This document shows, in pieces, positions 32,508 to 44,080 of a DNA stretch of 64,000 bases. Source of the stretch: Dudresnaya verticillata. Lineage: Eukaryota. The notes below the pieces were generated by a model, which did not search any database, was not told the DNA's origin, and saw only the letters and a program-made list of their open reading frames with translations. Each line of letters begins with the position of its first letter. The stretch's first letter is position 1. The stretch covers positions 1,984,001 through 2,048,000 of the forward strand of contig OZ374563.1 in the NCBI GenBank assembly GCA_977862235.1. Direction: 5' to 3'. The position numbers and the translations under genes were made by a program.

Positions 32508-33587
32508 TTGGAACCCGTCGAACCGCAGCTCTTGCTACGCGACCCGGGGTACCCCGACCGATCGAGCGAGGACGGCCACCCGTCCCCGTTATCCCCGGAT
32601 CGGCCGGAACCAGCATCCGACACAAACCTCCTCCCAAGGAATATCTTACCTCGCCCTCTAGGGCTTCCTCGAGGACGCACTTTTGATGAGTATTGTAAGG
32701 ATCCCATATGCGCGCTGTCGCGATATAACTATAACGTGGCAACGTCCATTGGGACCTCTCTTGAAGAACTCTCTCGCGTCCTTTCGGTCCTGGATACAGG
32801 GGCAGGCCCCAACCTCATACGAGCTGGTGCTCTTTCCTCGGAGGATCAAAAGAAGATCGCTTCTGGCCGGTCCATCGTCAATCTAACTTCCGCCTCAAGG
32901 CACAAACTAACTACCTTAGGGACCATCTCCCTGTACGTTCGAATCGGAACCTACACGGTCCGACAACCTTTCATCGTCGTCCAAGCACTCGCCGTGGATG
33001 TGATCCTGGGTTGTACCTTCATCGACCACCATATCGATAACTTAAGAATCAAGCGTCAACGCGCCGTCCTGCGTGATGGGTCCATACACCCGATATTACG
33101 TCGACGATGCGGACTCCCACGCGCTTCGCGCCCCGCGGAATCACAAGAGGTCCCCACTGGTCCTCCCGAACCGCGACACCTACGCGTGGCACATTCGGTT
33201 GTTATACCCGCGGCGTCAGAAGCATGGGTCACGATCACGTGCCCGGCGCGAGGAGTGCACTTCATGGATTCATTCCAGCGGCTCTACGACCGCCAGGATC
33301 TGGTTGCCACAAATGGCATCATCGACGTGCAACCTAACCGCCCGTTCCGGGTCAAGGTCGCCAATTTCTCTAGAGGCCCGAAGCGACTGGCCAACCGCCA
33401 GAAGATTGGACACGCCATTCCGGCTCCGTCCAATACCCCTGTTTACGCTCTGTCCTTCGAGGACGACCCATCTGCTCCTCACGAACCCGACGAGCCGTCG
33501 CTCGATGTGGGGGGGGGGGGGCAGGGCAGGCTGCGGCCTTTTCTCCGGATCCTAAACCAGGCATTAAGGCCTCGGTCGCCAACATGA
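32508..33587 (+). CDS. pol: Element E pol, N-terminal part: aspartic protease plus dUTPase-like segment (-1 frame relative to gag)
   Basis: VLDTGAGPNLI, DVILGCTF, NGIIDV. Out of frame with RT after a G13 run (33509-33521). Confidence 0.9.
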   Translation: MEPVEPQLLLRDPGYPDRSSEDGHPSPLSPDRPEPASDTNLLPRNILPRPLGLPRGRTFDEYCKDPICALSRYNYNVATSIGTSLEELSRVLSVLDTGAGPNLIRAGALSSEDQKKIASGRSIVNLTSASRHKLTTLGTISLYVRIGTYTVRQPFIVVQALAVDVILGCTFIDHHIDNLRIKRQRAVLRDGSIHPILRRRCGLPRASRPAESQEVPTGPPEPRHLRVAHSVVIPAASEAWVTITCPARGVHFMDSFQRLYDRQDLVATNGIIDVQPNRPFRVKVANFSRGPKRLANRQKIGHAIPAPSNTPVYALSFEDDPSAPHEPDEPSLDVGGGGQGRLRPFLRILNQALRPRSPT

Positions 33588-36500
33588 CCGTCGAAGATCT
33601 AAACCTTGCACATCTGGAACCAAAAGATCAGCATCGAGTACGCAAGATGCTCCGACCATTCTCGGAAATGTGGAGTGGTAAACTCGGGACTATCAAAGTC
33701 ACGGAGCACCGTATCGAGCTCAAGCCAGGGACGAAGCCCGTCTTCTCACAACCCTACAGGGCAGGTCCCAAGGCTCGACAGGCTGAACAAGCGGAAGTAA
33801 CCAAGATGTTGGAAGCAGGGGTCATACAACCCGCGCGGTCGGAATTCGCGAGCCCAGTCGTGCTGGTCAATAAGCCTGATGGCTCCTTACGCTTTTGCGT
33901 CGACTATCGAAAGCTTAATGCAGTAACGATCAAGGATTCCTATCCTTTACCTCGTATGGACGAGTGTCTGGACTCTCTGGGAGATGCCCAATTCTTCACA
34001 ACGCTTGATTGTAATTCTGGCTACTGGCAGATACCGGTCGCCAAGGAAGACCAGTCGAAGACGGCGTTCACTTGTCACGCTGGATGCTTTCAATTTTGCC
34101 GCATGCCCTTTGGGCTATGTAATGCACCAGCCACGTTCCAGCGAACGGTCGACATTCTCCTGTCTGGATTCAGATGGAAGTCGTGCTTGGTATACCTGGA
34201 TGATATCATCATCTTCTCCAAAAGCGTCAAAGAGCACCTTGCTCACGTAAAGGAAATCCTGCAAGTGCTCCAGAACGCAGGAGTATCGCTGAAGTTGAAG
34301 AAATGTAACTTCTTCGCGAAGAGCGTTGATTATCTGGGACACGTGGTCCGCCCTGGCCTCCTGGAGGTCGCCTCGAAGAACACACAAGCCATCGACGGGT
34401 TTAGGGAACCAAGGACGCAAACGCAGTTACGCTCTTTCCTTTGCTTTTGCAACGTTTATAGACGGTTCGTGCCCAACTTTGCGAGAGTCGCTGCGCCGCT
34501 TAACGCATTACTGCAGAAGACAGTGGATTTCAACCTCCCGACGTTCAACGAAGAACAAGGAGATTCCTTCTCGCTTCTGAAGAAAGCCCTCGTGGTTCCG
34601 CCCATACTGCAGCTACCGCAAGTGGGACTCCAATTATCAGTCGACACTTACGCGTGCGACTATCAAGTGGGCTGTGCCCTGATGCAGACCGATGAGAATG
34701 GTGATCGGCACCCTATTGGTTTCTGGAGCCGCTCGCTAACGAAAGCTGAGAAGAACTACTCAGTCGGAGAGAAAGAGTGTCTCGCCGTCGTATGGGCAGT
34801 ACAGATATTGCGACCCTATTTGGAGCGGTCTCACTTTGATCTTTTCACGGATCATCAAGCGTTACGCTGGATCATGAGTATGTCTGACGCGTCAGGACGC
34901 TTGGCGAGATGGAGGCTTCGCCTTTTGGAATATGACTTTACGGTCCAATACCGGACGGGGCGTAAGAACCAGATTGCTGACGCGGTGTCTCGCCTCCCTA
35001 CATGGGGTCATACCCACAAGGAGCCTGATCTCGAGATACCTTGCTTCATAGTCGAAGAGGAAGACGGTCCAGTCCGAATGACTTCAGCGGAGTCAATGGT
35101 GTTCACGGATAGACCCACCAAAAGAGAGCCCCTAGAGGCGTGGGACATCGAACCCCTCGAGGACTACAGTCACATGGACGAGATACTCATCGCCACCGTG
35201 GCGGAGAAGCGAGCCGACGAGGGCAGCGTTTCACAAGTTACTGTAGAGGAGCTGCTCCGAGAGCAAAAACGAGACTCGTTCTGCCAGGACGTGCAGAAGC
35301 GCCTTGATATGGGAAGCCCCGGGTGCTACTTGGAAGACGAACGAGGGCTTCTCGCCCGCAAGGCGTACGTGGATGGGGCCATACAGGTTCTCATACCCGC
35401 GACCCTTCGCGAAAAGGTGCTACATTTGGCCCATTATCCGGCCCTAGCTGGCCACCCAGGGGGAACCGGCATGTTTCACAACCTACGCCGGCAAGTGTAT
35501 TGGCCAGATATGGCCTTGGCCGTCTACTCAGCCGTTCGGAATTGCGTCCAGTGCGCGAAAGAACGAGTCAAGCTCAGGAAGCATACTTCGTTTCTCAAGC
35601 TCTTCCCCGCTACGGCTCCTTTGGAGTTTGTCGGAATCGACATTTTAGGTCCGTTGACCAAGTCAAGCAAGGGAAACGAGTATTTACTCGTGATCACGGA
35701 TCGCTTCTCAAAGCTAACCCGGACTGTTCCGCTCAAGACGATTACGGCCTATACCGTCGCTAAGGCCTTTTGCGACCACTGGGTCTATGTATATGGACCT
35801 CCGCGGTATGTGCTATCGGACAATGGGTCCCAGTTTGCCTCGAAGTTCTTCATGAACATTTGCAGCATTCTGCGAGTGCGTAACCTATTTACGTCTACAT
35901 ATCACCCGCAAAGTAACGGCCAGACCGAACGCTTTAATCGCACCATTCTAGCCGGGCTAAGACACTTCATCGCTGAGAATCAGCGTGATTGGGATGAGTT
36001 TTCTAACGCACTCACGTTTGCGTACAATACCACGGTGCACAAAGCCACGGGGCTATCCCCTTTCGACCTGGTGATCTCAAACCCCCCGAACTCCCTGCTC
36101 CTGGAGCGATCCGAGACGGTGGAGGTTGCTAATGTCCCCGCGACTAACGTCAAGAAACGCTTATCAGAGCGATTAGGGCGATTAATGGACACAGCTCTCC
36201 CCCGTTTGAGGCTCGCGCAGAAGCGCTATCAAGCGGACTTCAACCGACGGGTGCGCCCTGCGAACCGTAATATTCGAGTTGGTAGCTGGGTGTTCCTAGA
36301 GCGCGAGACTCGGGTGAAAGACGTGGATCGCGTGGATCGCGAAGGCAAACTGTTTCCTAAGGCGCTAGGCCCATATAAGGTGGTGGATCGTGGCACGCAC
36401 GTTGTGGTCCTTGAATTCAAGGGCGAACGGGAATCAGTCTCCCTAGACCGAGTGACGCTACCGCCTCCCCCTGGCGAGCCGCTAGATGCTCGGGGTGAAG

Positions 36501-36865
36501 CCCCTACTATCATGGAGACGCGTCCGGCTACTGGGCCAGGCCCCATCGAAGCGGAAACCGTGCCCTTGACCGCACTACAACCGGGACAGGCGAGAGCCAC
36601 TAACGCCACTCCTCCCGCCGTTGAGAGCGAAAGCCCTGCGCAAGAGCCTGAGACTTCGCCAACGGAGCGCCGCTTCTCGCGCTATCAGCGCCCTACCCCG
36701 CGGGAGCACGTCTATGATCGGATCATGTCCTATGACCCCGAGTCGGCCCGGTATAAGATCCGCTGGCATCAGCGCTCGGCCTCTGACGACACGTGGGAGC
36801 CCCGAGAGAACCTTCCTCACAACCTCGTGGCGAGGTACCATCGCAAACGGGGCCTACCCCTTTAA
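33584..36865 (+). CDS. pol: Element E pol: RT, RNase H, integrase, chromodomain
   Basis: RFCVDYRKLN, YLDD, HHCC, DILGP...SDNG...ERFNRT, GPY and YKIRW...DDTWEP. Confidence 0.95.
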   Translation: MTVEDLNLAHLEPKDQHRVRKMLRPFSEMWSGKLGTIKVTEHRIELKPGTKPVFSQPYRAGPKARQAEQAEVTKMLEAGVIQPARSEFASPVVLVNKPDGSLRFCVDYRKLNAVTIKDSYPLPRMDECLDSLGDAQFFTTLDCNSGYWQIPVAKEDQSKTAFTCHAGCFQFCRMPFGLCNAPATFQRTVDILLSGFRWKSCLVYLDDIIIFSKSVKEHLAHVKEILQVLQNAGVSLKLKKCNFFAKSVDYLGHVVRPGLLEVASKNTQAIDGFREPRTQTQLRSFLCFCNVYRRFVPNFARVAAPLNALLQKTVDFNLPTFNEEQGDSFSLLKKALVVPPILQLPQVGLQLSVDTYACDYQVGCALMQTDENGDRHPIGFWSRSLTKAEKNYSVGEKECLAVVWAVQILRPYLERSHFDLFTDHQALRWIMSMSDASGRLARWRLRLLEYDFTVQYRTGRKNQIADAVSRLPTWGHTHKEPDLEIPCFIVEEEDGPVRMTSAESMVFTDRPTKREPLEAWDIEPLEDYSHMDEILIATVAEKRADEGSVSQVTVEELLREQKRDSFCQDVQKRLDMGSPGCYLEDERGLLARKAYVDGAIQVLIPATLREKVLHLAHYPALAGHPGGTGMFHNLRRQVYWPDMALAVYSAVRNCVQCAKERVKLRKHTSFLKLFPATAPLEFVGIDILGPLTKSSKGNEYLLVITDRFSKLTRTVPLKTITAYTVAKAFCDHWVYVYGPPRYVLSDNGSQFASKFFMNICSILRVRNLFTSTYHPQSNGQTERFNRTILAGLRHFIAENQRDWDEFSNALTFAYNTTVHKATGLSPFDLVISNPPNSLLLERSETVEVANVPATNVKKRLSERLGRLMDTALPRLRLAQKRYQADFNRRVRPANRNIRVGSWVFLERETRVKDVDRVDREGKLFPKALGPYKVVDRGTHVVVLEFKGERESVSLDRVTLPPPPGEPLDARGEAPTIMETRPATGPGPIEAETVPLTALQPGQARATNATPPAVESESPAQEPETSPTERRFSRYQRPTPREHVYDRIMSYDPESARYKIRWHQRSASDDTWEPRENLPHNLVARYHRKRGLPL

Positions 36866-37553
36866 CTCGAGTCCGCGATTGCGGATGCGACATAGCTTCT
36901 CCCGCTAGGACAGGATCCTGAACTCGAGTTGGCAAGCGCCGGGAGCTAGGCGGATTACCACCTCGGCCTCAACACACCCTTTGGCTTCACGGCCTGATAC
37001 AGTGCGAGGCGGCACCGTCCGATGCCACGGGCAGAGGTGTAAGCCAAAATAGCACAGTGCTGGCCACTGGTGCCGTTGGACGTACTGTGGCCGCACAGCG
37101 AGAGGAGATATATCTCAAGTGGGAAAGGACACTGTCTGGCGACGGTATGATACTGAGTATTGTACGCGCACGTACGCCAAGCATCGTCTTGGAAACAACT
37201 GTCTCCATCACCACTGCGAAGGGGGGAAGGCAGTACGCTGCCTGCCTTAGAGGCTGGCCTCGACGCGACGCTAGGGGGCGTTCTCGACCCGTTCGCCGCT
37301 ACGCTTGGCACTCGAGGATAATTGCCCTCTCCTCTCTCTGCCACACGAAACCAACGAGGCTAACTCGCGCACGATGCGCACTTTAACTCCAACACTAACC
37401 CGACCAATGTTGGCGACGGCCATTAGCTTGGCGAATTCCCCCGTCAACAGTGACTTTTATTCTTAACTCATGCACAGACATTAACTTCTACGCGGCAAAC
37501 CCGCACTAACTTCTTGGGCTAAACGCCCTAATGAGCAACAGGAGGATGGGAGT

Positions 37554-39756
37554 CTACTCATCCTCCGTCAGGTCAACTACCTCGTCGTTGTCCCCATTAG
37601 ACGGACGCACGGCACCGACCGGGTGAACGATACGCCGCACTTCGCGGATGATGCGACGCACTCGCGGCTGAGCAGGGTCCGTTTCCATAGGAGTTGGCTC
37701 CTCTTCGAGCTCTTCCTTAATGATGAGCTCGGTCTTAATCAGGCCCGCCTTCTTCCTGCATGACTTGCGATTCCGCATCGGTCGACGCCCTGGCGCTGTC
37801 CACGGCCGCTGTCCCAGAGACGAGTTGCACTGAGTCAGACTCGATCGGGCCAGGCCCGGACACCGCGTTGCCTTCAATAAGCAGCGCCGGCGGCGCCTCA
37901 CCCGTCGGCGGGGAAGACACCACCACTGCCCCAGGGGCCGAATTGGACTCTGGAGCAGGCGGCGCCGCAGGAGCAACCGGCTCGATCCTATCCTCAACCC
38001 TCTCACTGGCCGGTGCCGTCGCTGCCGCTGTTGTTGTTGGCTCTTGAGATGGGGTTGCCCCAAGGGCGACTTCCGTAGACGGAGGAAAGGACGCCATGGC
38101 CGCGTCGGTCTCGCGATCATCGCGCCCCTCAGTAAGTGGGGCACTCCCTCCATTGCCAGGGATGGTGACGCCCTGAATTGCCAAGCCTTGCGCTATCTCC
38201 TCTTCCTGACGCGCTTGACGGCCGCCTGAGCCGAGACCATGACGAGTCCTAGCCCTGGTCCCGCTGTCCGGAGCGAGCGCAGTGACGGCCACTTGACCGG
38301 AGGGTTGTGGCATAGCAGAAGTAACATCAGTTACAGCTGTGGCCGGATCCTCCCGCGCAACTGGCGCTTCTAGCTCAATCTTGGCCGACTCACCCAAACG
38401 GGGCAAGCCCCGGAAATGTTCCGACATCTTGTGGACGGGACCCGGAGTAGTCACCCATGCAGACTCATAGTCTACCATTGCCGATTCCACCCAATCCGCC
38501 AGGGAATTCACATTGAGATTCTGGATGCCCCAGTGCATGTGAAGGCCCACCGCCAAGCCGCGCTGACGGAAAACCTCCCGAATCGCGGCATCCGCTTTGC
38601 TTCGACCATGAATGACAAGCGGGGCATAAGGGCCCGGGGGCTGACCTTCGGTCAAAGTATCGAACGGGGGCACGTCCGCTGGCGTCTTGGGCTCCTGCCA
38701 GTTGTTGCAGACCCACCCGGCGGTAAATCCAGAGCGCAGGCGCTGCCCTTCATCCGCCTCGATCGAACTAGCGTCCGCTGGGACGGTTTTGAGCAGATCC
38801 TCCGGAATGTCGGGCACCCACGCATCAGGGTCGAAGTCGACCCAATCTCCCCGGTCAAACACCGTCGTGATGACTCCCGTATCCTCGGGCAAGAACCGGT
38901 TACGCTTCGAGACCCGTCTCCACATGATGCGTTCAACGAAAAGAAGGAGCGAGTCCAAATCGACAGCATCGTCGGCGTTCGCCGTAAATTCAGACGAACC
39001 TATCTCGCGGATGTCGTCGCGAATCTTCTGGTTGATGAAGAACAAGCGGCCCTTCCGTGCTTCGTATATGAATACCTGTGTAATGAGAACGATACGTTCG
39101 TGCCGATAGATCAGCCAAAGCAGGCTTCGGTCCACCGAGGACTGCATCAGTTCCAAACCCAGGTATGCCACGATGGTGGGAACGCCCACAGGCATCGAAT
39201 ACGACACTTCATAGTACTCGTAATCCGGGGGCAGCTGGGGGTATTTGCTCGTGAACATCTCCGGCTTTATGGCCGTTACCTCCTGACAATGGAACGGGAC
39301 TAAGCACCCGGTGCGATGGCGCTGTCGACGCTCAAACCGAGCGGCTTCGTGGGGAAGGGCCGTCTGCGGCGTGTCCAAGTGATACTTGTAAGTGGTCCGA
39401 TTATTCGGAAGGGTGATCCTGGTGGTATTATACGGGAAGTTGTCCCTACCGGCACGAATGAAAGGTCGAGGATGGCCAACAGCCCGAAGATCATACCCAT
39501 CCGCGAGAGCTATCTCATCCAGGACGAACTTCTGGTCACCCATGAAACTGGCCATCTTCTCGACCCAGGGAACCTCCCAACGCCAGCGGGCGCGAGTCAG
39601 ATCAAAGGGGAAAAGCCCCGGCGTCGTGATCCGCAAGGTCGTCATTGCGAGGTGGCTCACACGCGCCCGAATCAGCGTATTCCACGCTTTGGCTTCAGCC
39701 CGTTTCCCGCCAAGGCGGCGTATCTCGTCACGGCTCGCCCCAGCGAGGGGTTTCAC
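37554..39756 (-). CDS. Element E antisense accessory ORF (37735-39756, with a probable frameshifted C-terminus ending at 37554)
   Basis: FERRQRHRTGCLVP...LPPDYEYYEV...VPTIVAYLGLEL...WLIYRHER...GRLFF is homologous to A and F. Start uncertain. The alternative-frame tail ends IKTE..IKEE...EVVDLTEDE. Confidence 0.8.
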
Positions 39757-40324
39757 GTGGTGCAGATCCGTTCGGACTCGCCAGTCGCGGCTAGCCGCAA
39801 TGTCCGCTGGGACCCCCCTGTCACGATGGCAACCGGCCCCACATTGTCCGACGACCCAGGTTGGCCATATTGAAAGTTTGGATTAACTGGCATCGCCGTG
39901 CCAAGAGGTTACCCCTGAGGATGCGATACCACTTGCAACTGGCCTGGCCCGGAGGTCTTCTTCTGAAAATTGCCCAGTCGCTGGCTTGACCAGACGGTCG
40001 GTCGGGGCGATGATGTGCGTGGAGCGCGAGGAAGTCCGCGTCGTGCGACCGTCGACTCGCGGTGGCGTTCCCTACGCGTGGGAGACGCAAGTTGGCGAGA
40101 AGGACGCGCACGCGGCGTTGACACGCGGAAATTGCCGAAAAGGCTCACCCGCGGAGGAAGTGTGGAAGGAAGGAGCTGCCCGTGCTCGAGGAAGGAGAAC
40201 GACGAGGCCGCGATGGGTGCGCGAGTTGGGATGGGTGCCGGCGCAAAACACCTTGCGACGCTACGGGTGCAGACTCTGATATACGCTCGCTATTTTGGAG
40301 CGCTGGCTCAGATTGCGGGACTTC

Positions 40325-40999
40325 TGTGGTGTAGTGAAAACCCACGAACTCCGAGACGGACAGCTGGCCTGACTTTCCTTAACGGACGAGAGCAACACTA
40401 CCTCCACGGGGTGGTAGAGCAGTTCGCACCGTAACGGGAGAACAGCTAGCGGCTAACTGAGACGGATATTGGGAAGCAACAGACAAGGGGGTGGTACAAG
40501 TGCCGGGACGGACTCCGTAACGGTGGTGGTGGTAGACCGCAACGGGCTCGGCGCGGGGAAAACCGTAAAGGATTGGGCTAAGGTTGCTTACCCGTTTACC
40601 TTAGGAGCCGCTGCGGTGCCGCCCTGATATACAAGTCAGGGTGGCACCGAGCGGTCCGGTCCGTGGGGGCCAGACCCTAGTGGTCTGGACCCATGGTGGA
40701 ATCGGCCCTGCTGGTCCCAATCTCCGACACGGACATGCGCAGCATTCTCATTGGCTGGCGCACTACTCTACATACTGTACAGATACTCACTAAAAATAAA
40801 GAATAAACACTACAAATACTCCGGTATGGTTGGTGCGCTTCACTGCTGTACAGCAATGCGTACCGGCGTACAGCAATGCGCACCACATCCGACACGGTTA
40901 CACGTTGCCAGATCATCAGCGTGGCGTATTGCCACATCACCCGTTACGGTTGGCTCGACGTCGGTGGGCCGCATGCGCGCCACGGCTCACTTCACCACA
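40325..40999 (-). repeat. Element F 3' LTR
   Basis: Direct repeat of 51027-51701. Confidence 0.97.
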
Positions 41000-41131
41000 G
41001 ACCCCCTCCTTAAATGGCGCCACGTCCTCGGGAGCCCACCATCTCGGATTACATTCGCTTCCACACCCACACGCAACCGATACGGTTATCTTCCTCAACT
41101 CTTCCTTCTCCTTCGTGCGCCCGCTTCCAAG

Positions 41132-43980
41132 ATGGCAGGGGAGAAGAGCAAGCGCTCCCCTTCCCCCTTTCAACCGACACGGCGTACCCGCGCGAGCTCG
41201 ACGACGCGAGAGCCAGGTGCGCCTACCGTTACGGATGCTTCGACGAAAGCGCAGGCCTCGCCGTCGGCGGTTGTGGCACCACGCACGACGGGTGGTCGCG
41301 TGGGTGTTTCCGCAACGGAACCGTCACAGGCACTATCGGCGGGCCGCGGCTGGTCTGTCTACGATCCGAATCGGTTTGCTGCTGGCCCAGCCCCAAGGAG
41401 CACCCCGTCATGGAATGTAGCGACACACCGTCGTGGAGAAGATGCGACCAAGGATGACGACGAGGAGATCCGCCGCGGAGGGGAGGAGCTCAACTTGGCG
41501 GACCTACCCACGATTCCGTTACGGACGCCTTCGACCCCAATCTCAACCCCGATGCGGAACCTGGGTGCAAGCCCATATACTTCAGGCAGTACTCCGAAAC
41601 GGTCGCGGGTGCGAGTGCGGAGCATGACGCCGACGACCAGCTCTTGGATGCCGATGGCGCGTACCCGTAGCGGTGAGGGCCCTGCTCCGAGCGTATATTG
41701 GCCGGGGCACCATTTCGACCACCGTGCGGGGCGCCCGGCGAGATCCGACGCGGAACGGGCGAAGGTGACACCACCGATGACAGTGTCAAACTTCATCGAG
41801 GGTTACCCAACCGTGTTGGAAGCGCGACGATACCAAGCCGTTTCGGAGCAGCCCTTCAAGGCAAACCAGCGAATTGGTTTCGTACCGAATCGGCGGGCGT
41901 TTGTGTGGCAAAGCCGATGGGTACACAGCTACTGCCAAGAGCGCACCTCTACCGTTTCGGATTTGTTGTGGTACCGTTGCCACGGAGAAGTGGGGTATAC
42001 CGCGAAGGTGAGCCGTTTGTTGGCAACGGCGTTCCGTCTACGGGGGGCGCCGATCGGGGTGCAGTTTATCTGCTTTGACCCTCCGTATGACCAGTCGGTG
42101 TATTGGTTCCGCTATGCCGACGGGTGGAAAGACGACGCGGCGACGGAACACCGATTGCGGACGCGTAACCGAGACGGAATGCACGTGGGGGCACCCATCT
42201 TGCACACGTGGAATACCAAGGAGTTCTTCCACCTTCCGTATCGGATGCGACGCGAGCTCTACCTCACAGCTCCGTCGTGGTGGGATAAATACGAGGTAAC
42301 GCGTTGGTTATCCGTGCCTACGCCTTCTGTGGTGGCGTACTTCTCAGCAGACCTGCTCACGGAGCGGGAGTGGAATCGCGAACATCCGAACGGAGAGCGT
42401 CCCCCGATCCAAGATCAACTCGACGTACTTTGGCGCATCTTCCGATCGGAGTGGGCAATGCTGGTGCTATTTTCGTGGCTCCAGGTTGCCTACTACGGAG
42501 TGCGGTGCAATACCAAGTTGTCCGACTGGCGCTGCTTCCCGCGTGGTGATGCTGACCTACCCGGAGGGGACTGTGGCCGTATCTTTCAACTTCCCGTGAC
42601 GGTGATCGCGCTAATTCGCCAGGTCGGTGTAGCCGATTTGGTGACGGGGTCGGCGTACCCACTCCATCGGGTTGAGCGTCTTTTATCCGTACACGGAGAG
42701 CAGGATTGGCAACGCACTCCGGGCTTCTTGGGGTATAGTTGGGATGAGGACCGTGTCCTATCGGTGCCCCCACTTAGGCCCGGAGTGGGTGAGCTATATT
42801 TCCTTCATCGAGAAGATCCGCGTCCGGAATGGTTGGCCTTAGAGTTGCAGGCCCACCGGGGCAATGCGCCTCGCCAAGCACCAAGGGATGCGTACCGTGA
42901 CGGTTTGGACGGGGCTGAAGATTGGGGGAGCTGTCACGAGAGAGCGGGGCGTTCGCGTACAATCGACCCGCGCGATTCCGTTACGGTGAGGCAGCAAGAA
43001 GCTGACCCTTCTTGGAAGAACAGGAGGAGGTCATGCCCGTCGCAGCAATGGCAGCGGGTAGCAAGAAGACCTCCGCTCCAATCCTTCCGGTAGTCGCGAC
43101 ACCCACGTCGCGCGATGTGGATCGTGAGACTACTACTCCCGTATCGGATAAGGCCCCAACGCCTATAGGCGTGGTTGCGCCGACTACGGTGGTGCCCAAG
43201 CCTTCGGCACCATCCGAGAAGGGGGCCTCAAAGGAGCAGACCGTTTCGGAAGTGGCGCCGGATACTGTGCCGGCGGCACTGTCTCCTGCGACGCAAATGC
43301 CTGCCGCCGCTGAACCGCCCCTGCCAAGTGCTCCGCTGTCGGCGCCCACTCCCACACCAGCGGGGAATGCGGCGTCGATCACCGTATCGGAAGTGGCTGC
43401 AAAGCGCCCAAGTGTTGGGGCAACTGGAGACAAGCCCTCGATTCTCGCGCCAAGTCCTGAACCGTTATGGAAGAGCGATACTGCCTCGCCAGAGAAGGAC
43501 ACGGATCCACCGCTGCGGAAGGACGTACCTTCACCCGAGTCGGGACCGTCCGTATTGGTGGTTTCCTCAACGGAGCATTCCCTCGAAGCCGGAGTTAGGG
43601 GTAAGCCGTCGATCTCCCCGAAGGTAGAATTTCAAGAAGATGAGGATCCCCCCGTTACGGTTCCGGCTCATCTAGCCGCTACGGAAAGTGGGTTACAGGT
43701 GCTACGGGGCATTTGCCGTACGCAGCGCTTTCCGTTGCCATGATCCGTTCAGGAAGTGTTAACCGTAACGGAGGGGCTGATGGAACAGGTAATTCATCTC
43801 CGTGCGGTGGTCCGTCGTCAGCGTCGGCGCATGGACAGTGCGGTTCGTGTCTTGGGAGACACTACGCAGCGCGTATTCCAATCGGATCCGAGTGGGGAAC
43901 CCGGCTTACGAACGGGTCAGGGGAGCAACGAGGAAGATACAGTTGCCCCTGCACCGAAACGGCGTCGACGTAACTCCTAG
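41132..43980 (+). pseudogene. Element F antisense accessory ORF (ATG 41132; frameshift ~43010; nonsense 43741-43743; ends PKRRRRNS)
   Basis: EHRLRTRNRDG...APSWWDKYEV...TPSVVAYFSADL...WRIFRSEW...GRIFQLP. ORFs 43012-43743 and 43756-43980 are in the same frame. Confidence 0.8.
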
Positions 43981-44080
43981 AGTTACAGTTCAACGATCTC
44001 CTTAACGGTTTCCATTATGCCTCGATCTTAGCTTGCGATAAACATTGTGCGTTCTCACATCCCAGCACTCCGGCTTTCCG

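Noticed and set aside
28537..40324. A private enriched motif in element E (GACTCG, CTCAAG and CTAG considered)
   Set aside because: Only mild excess by eye; needs computation. E is currently a gap in the one-protein-one-motif model.
40751..41131. 5' extension of the 780-aa ORF
   Set aside because: Starts at a non-ATG codon inside the F LTR. ATG 41132 (CCAAGATG, same context as C ATG 10336) is more plausible.
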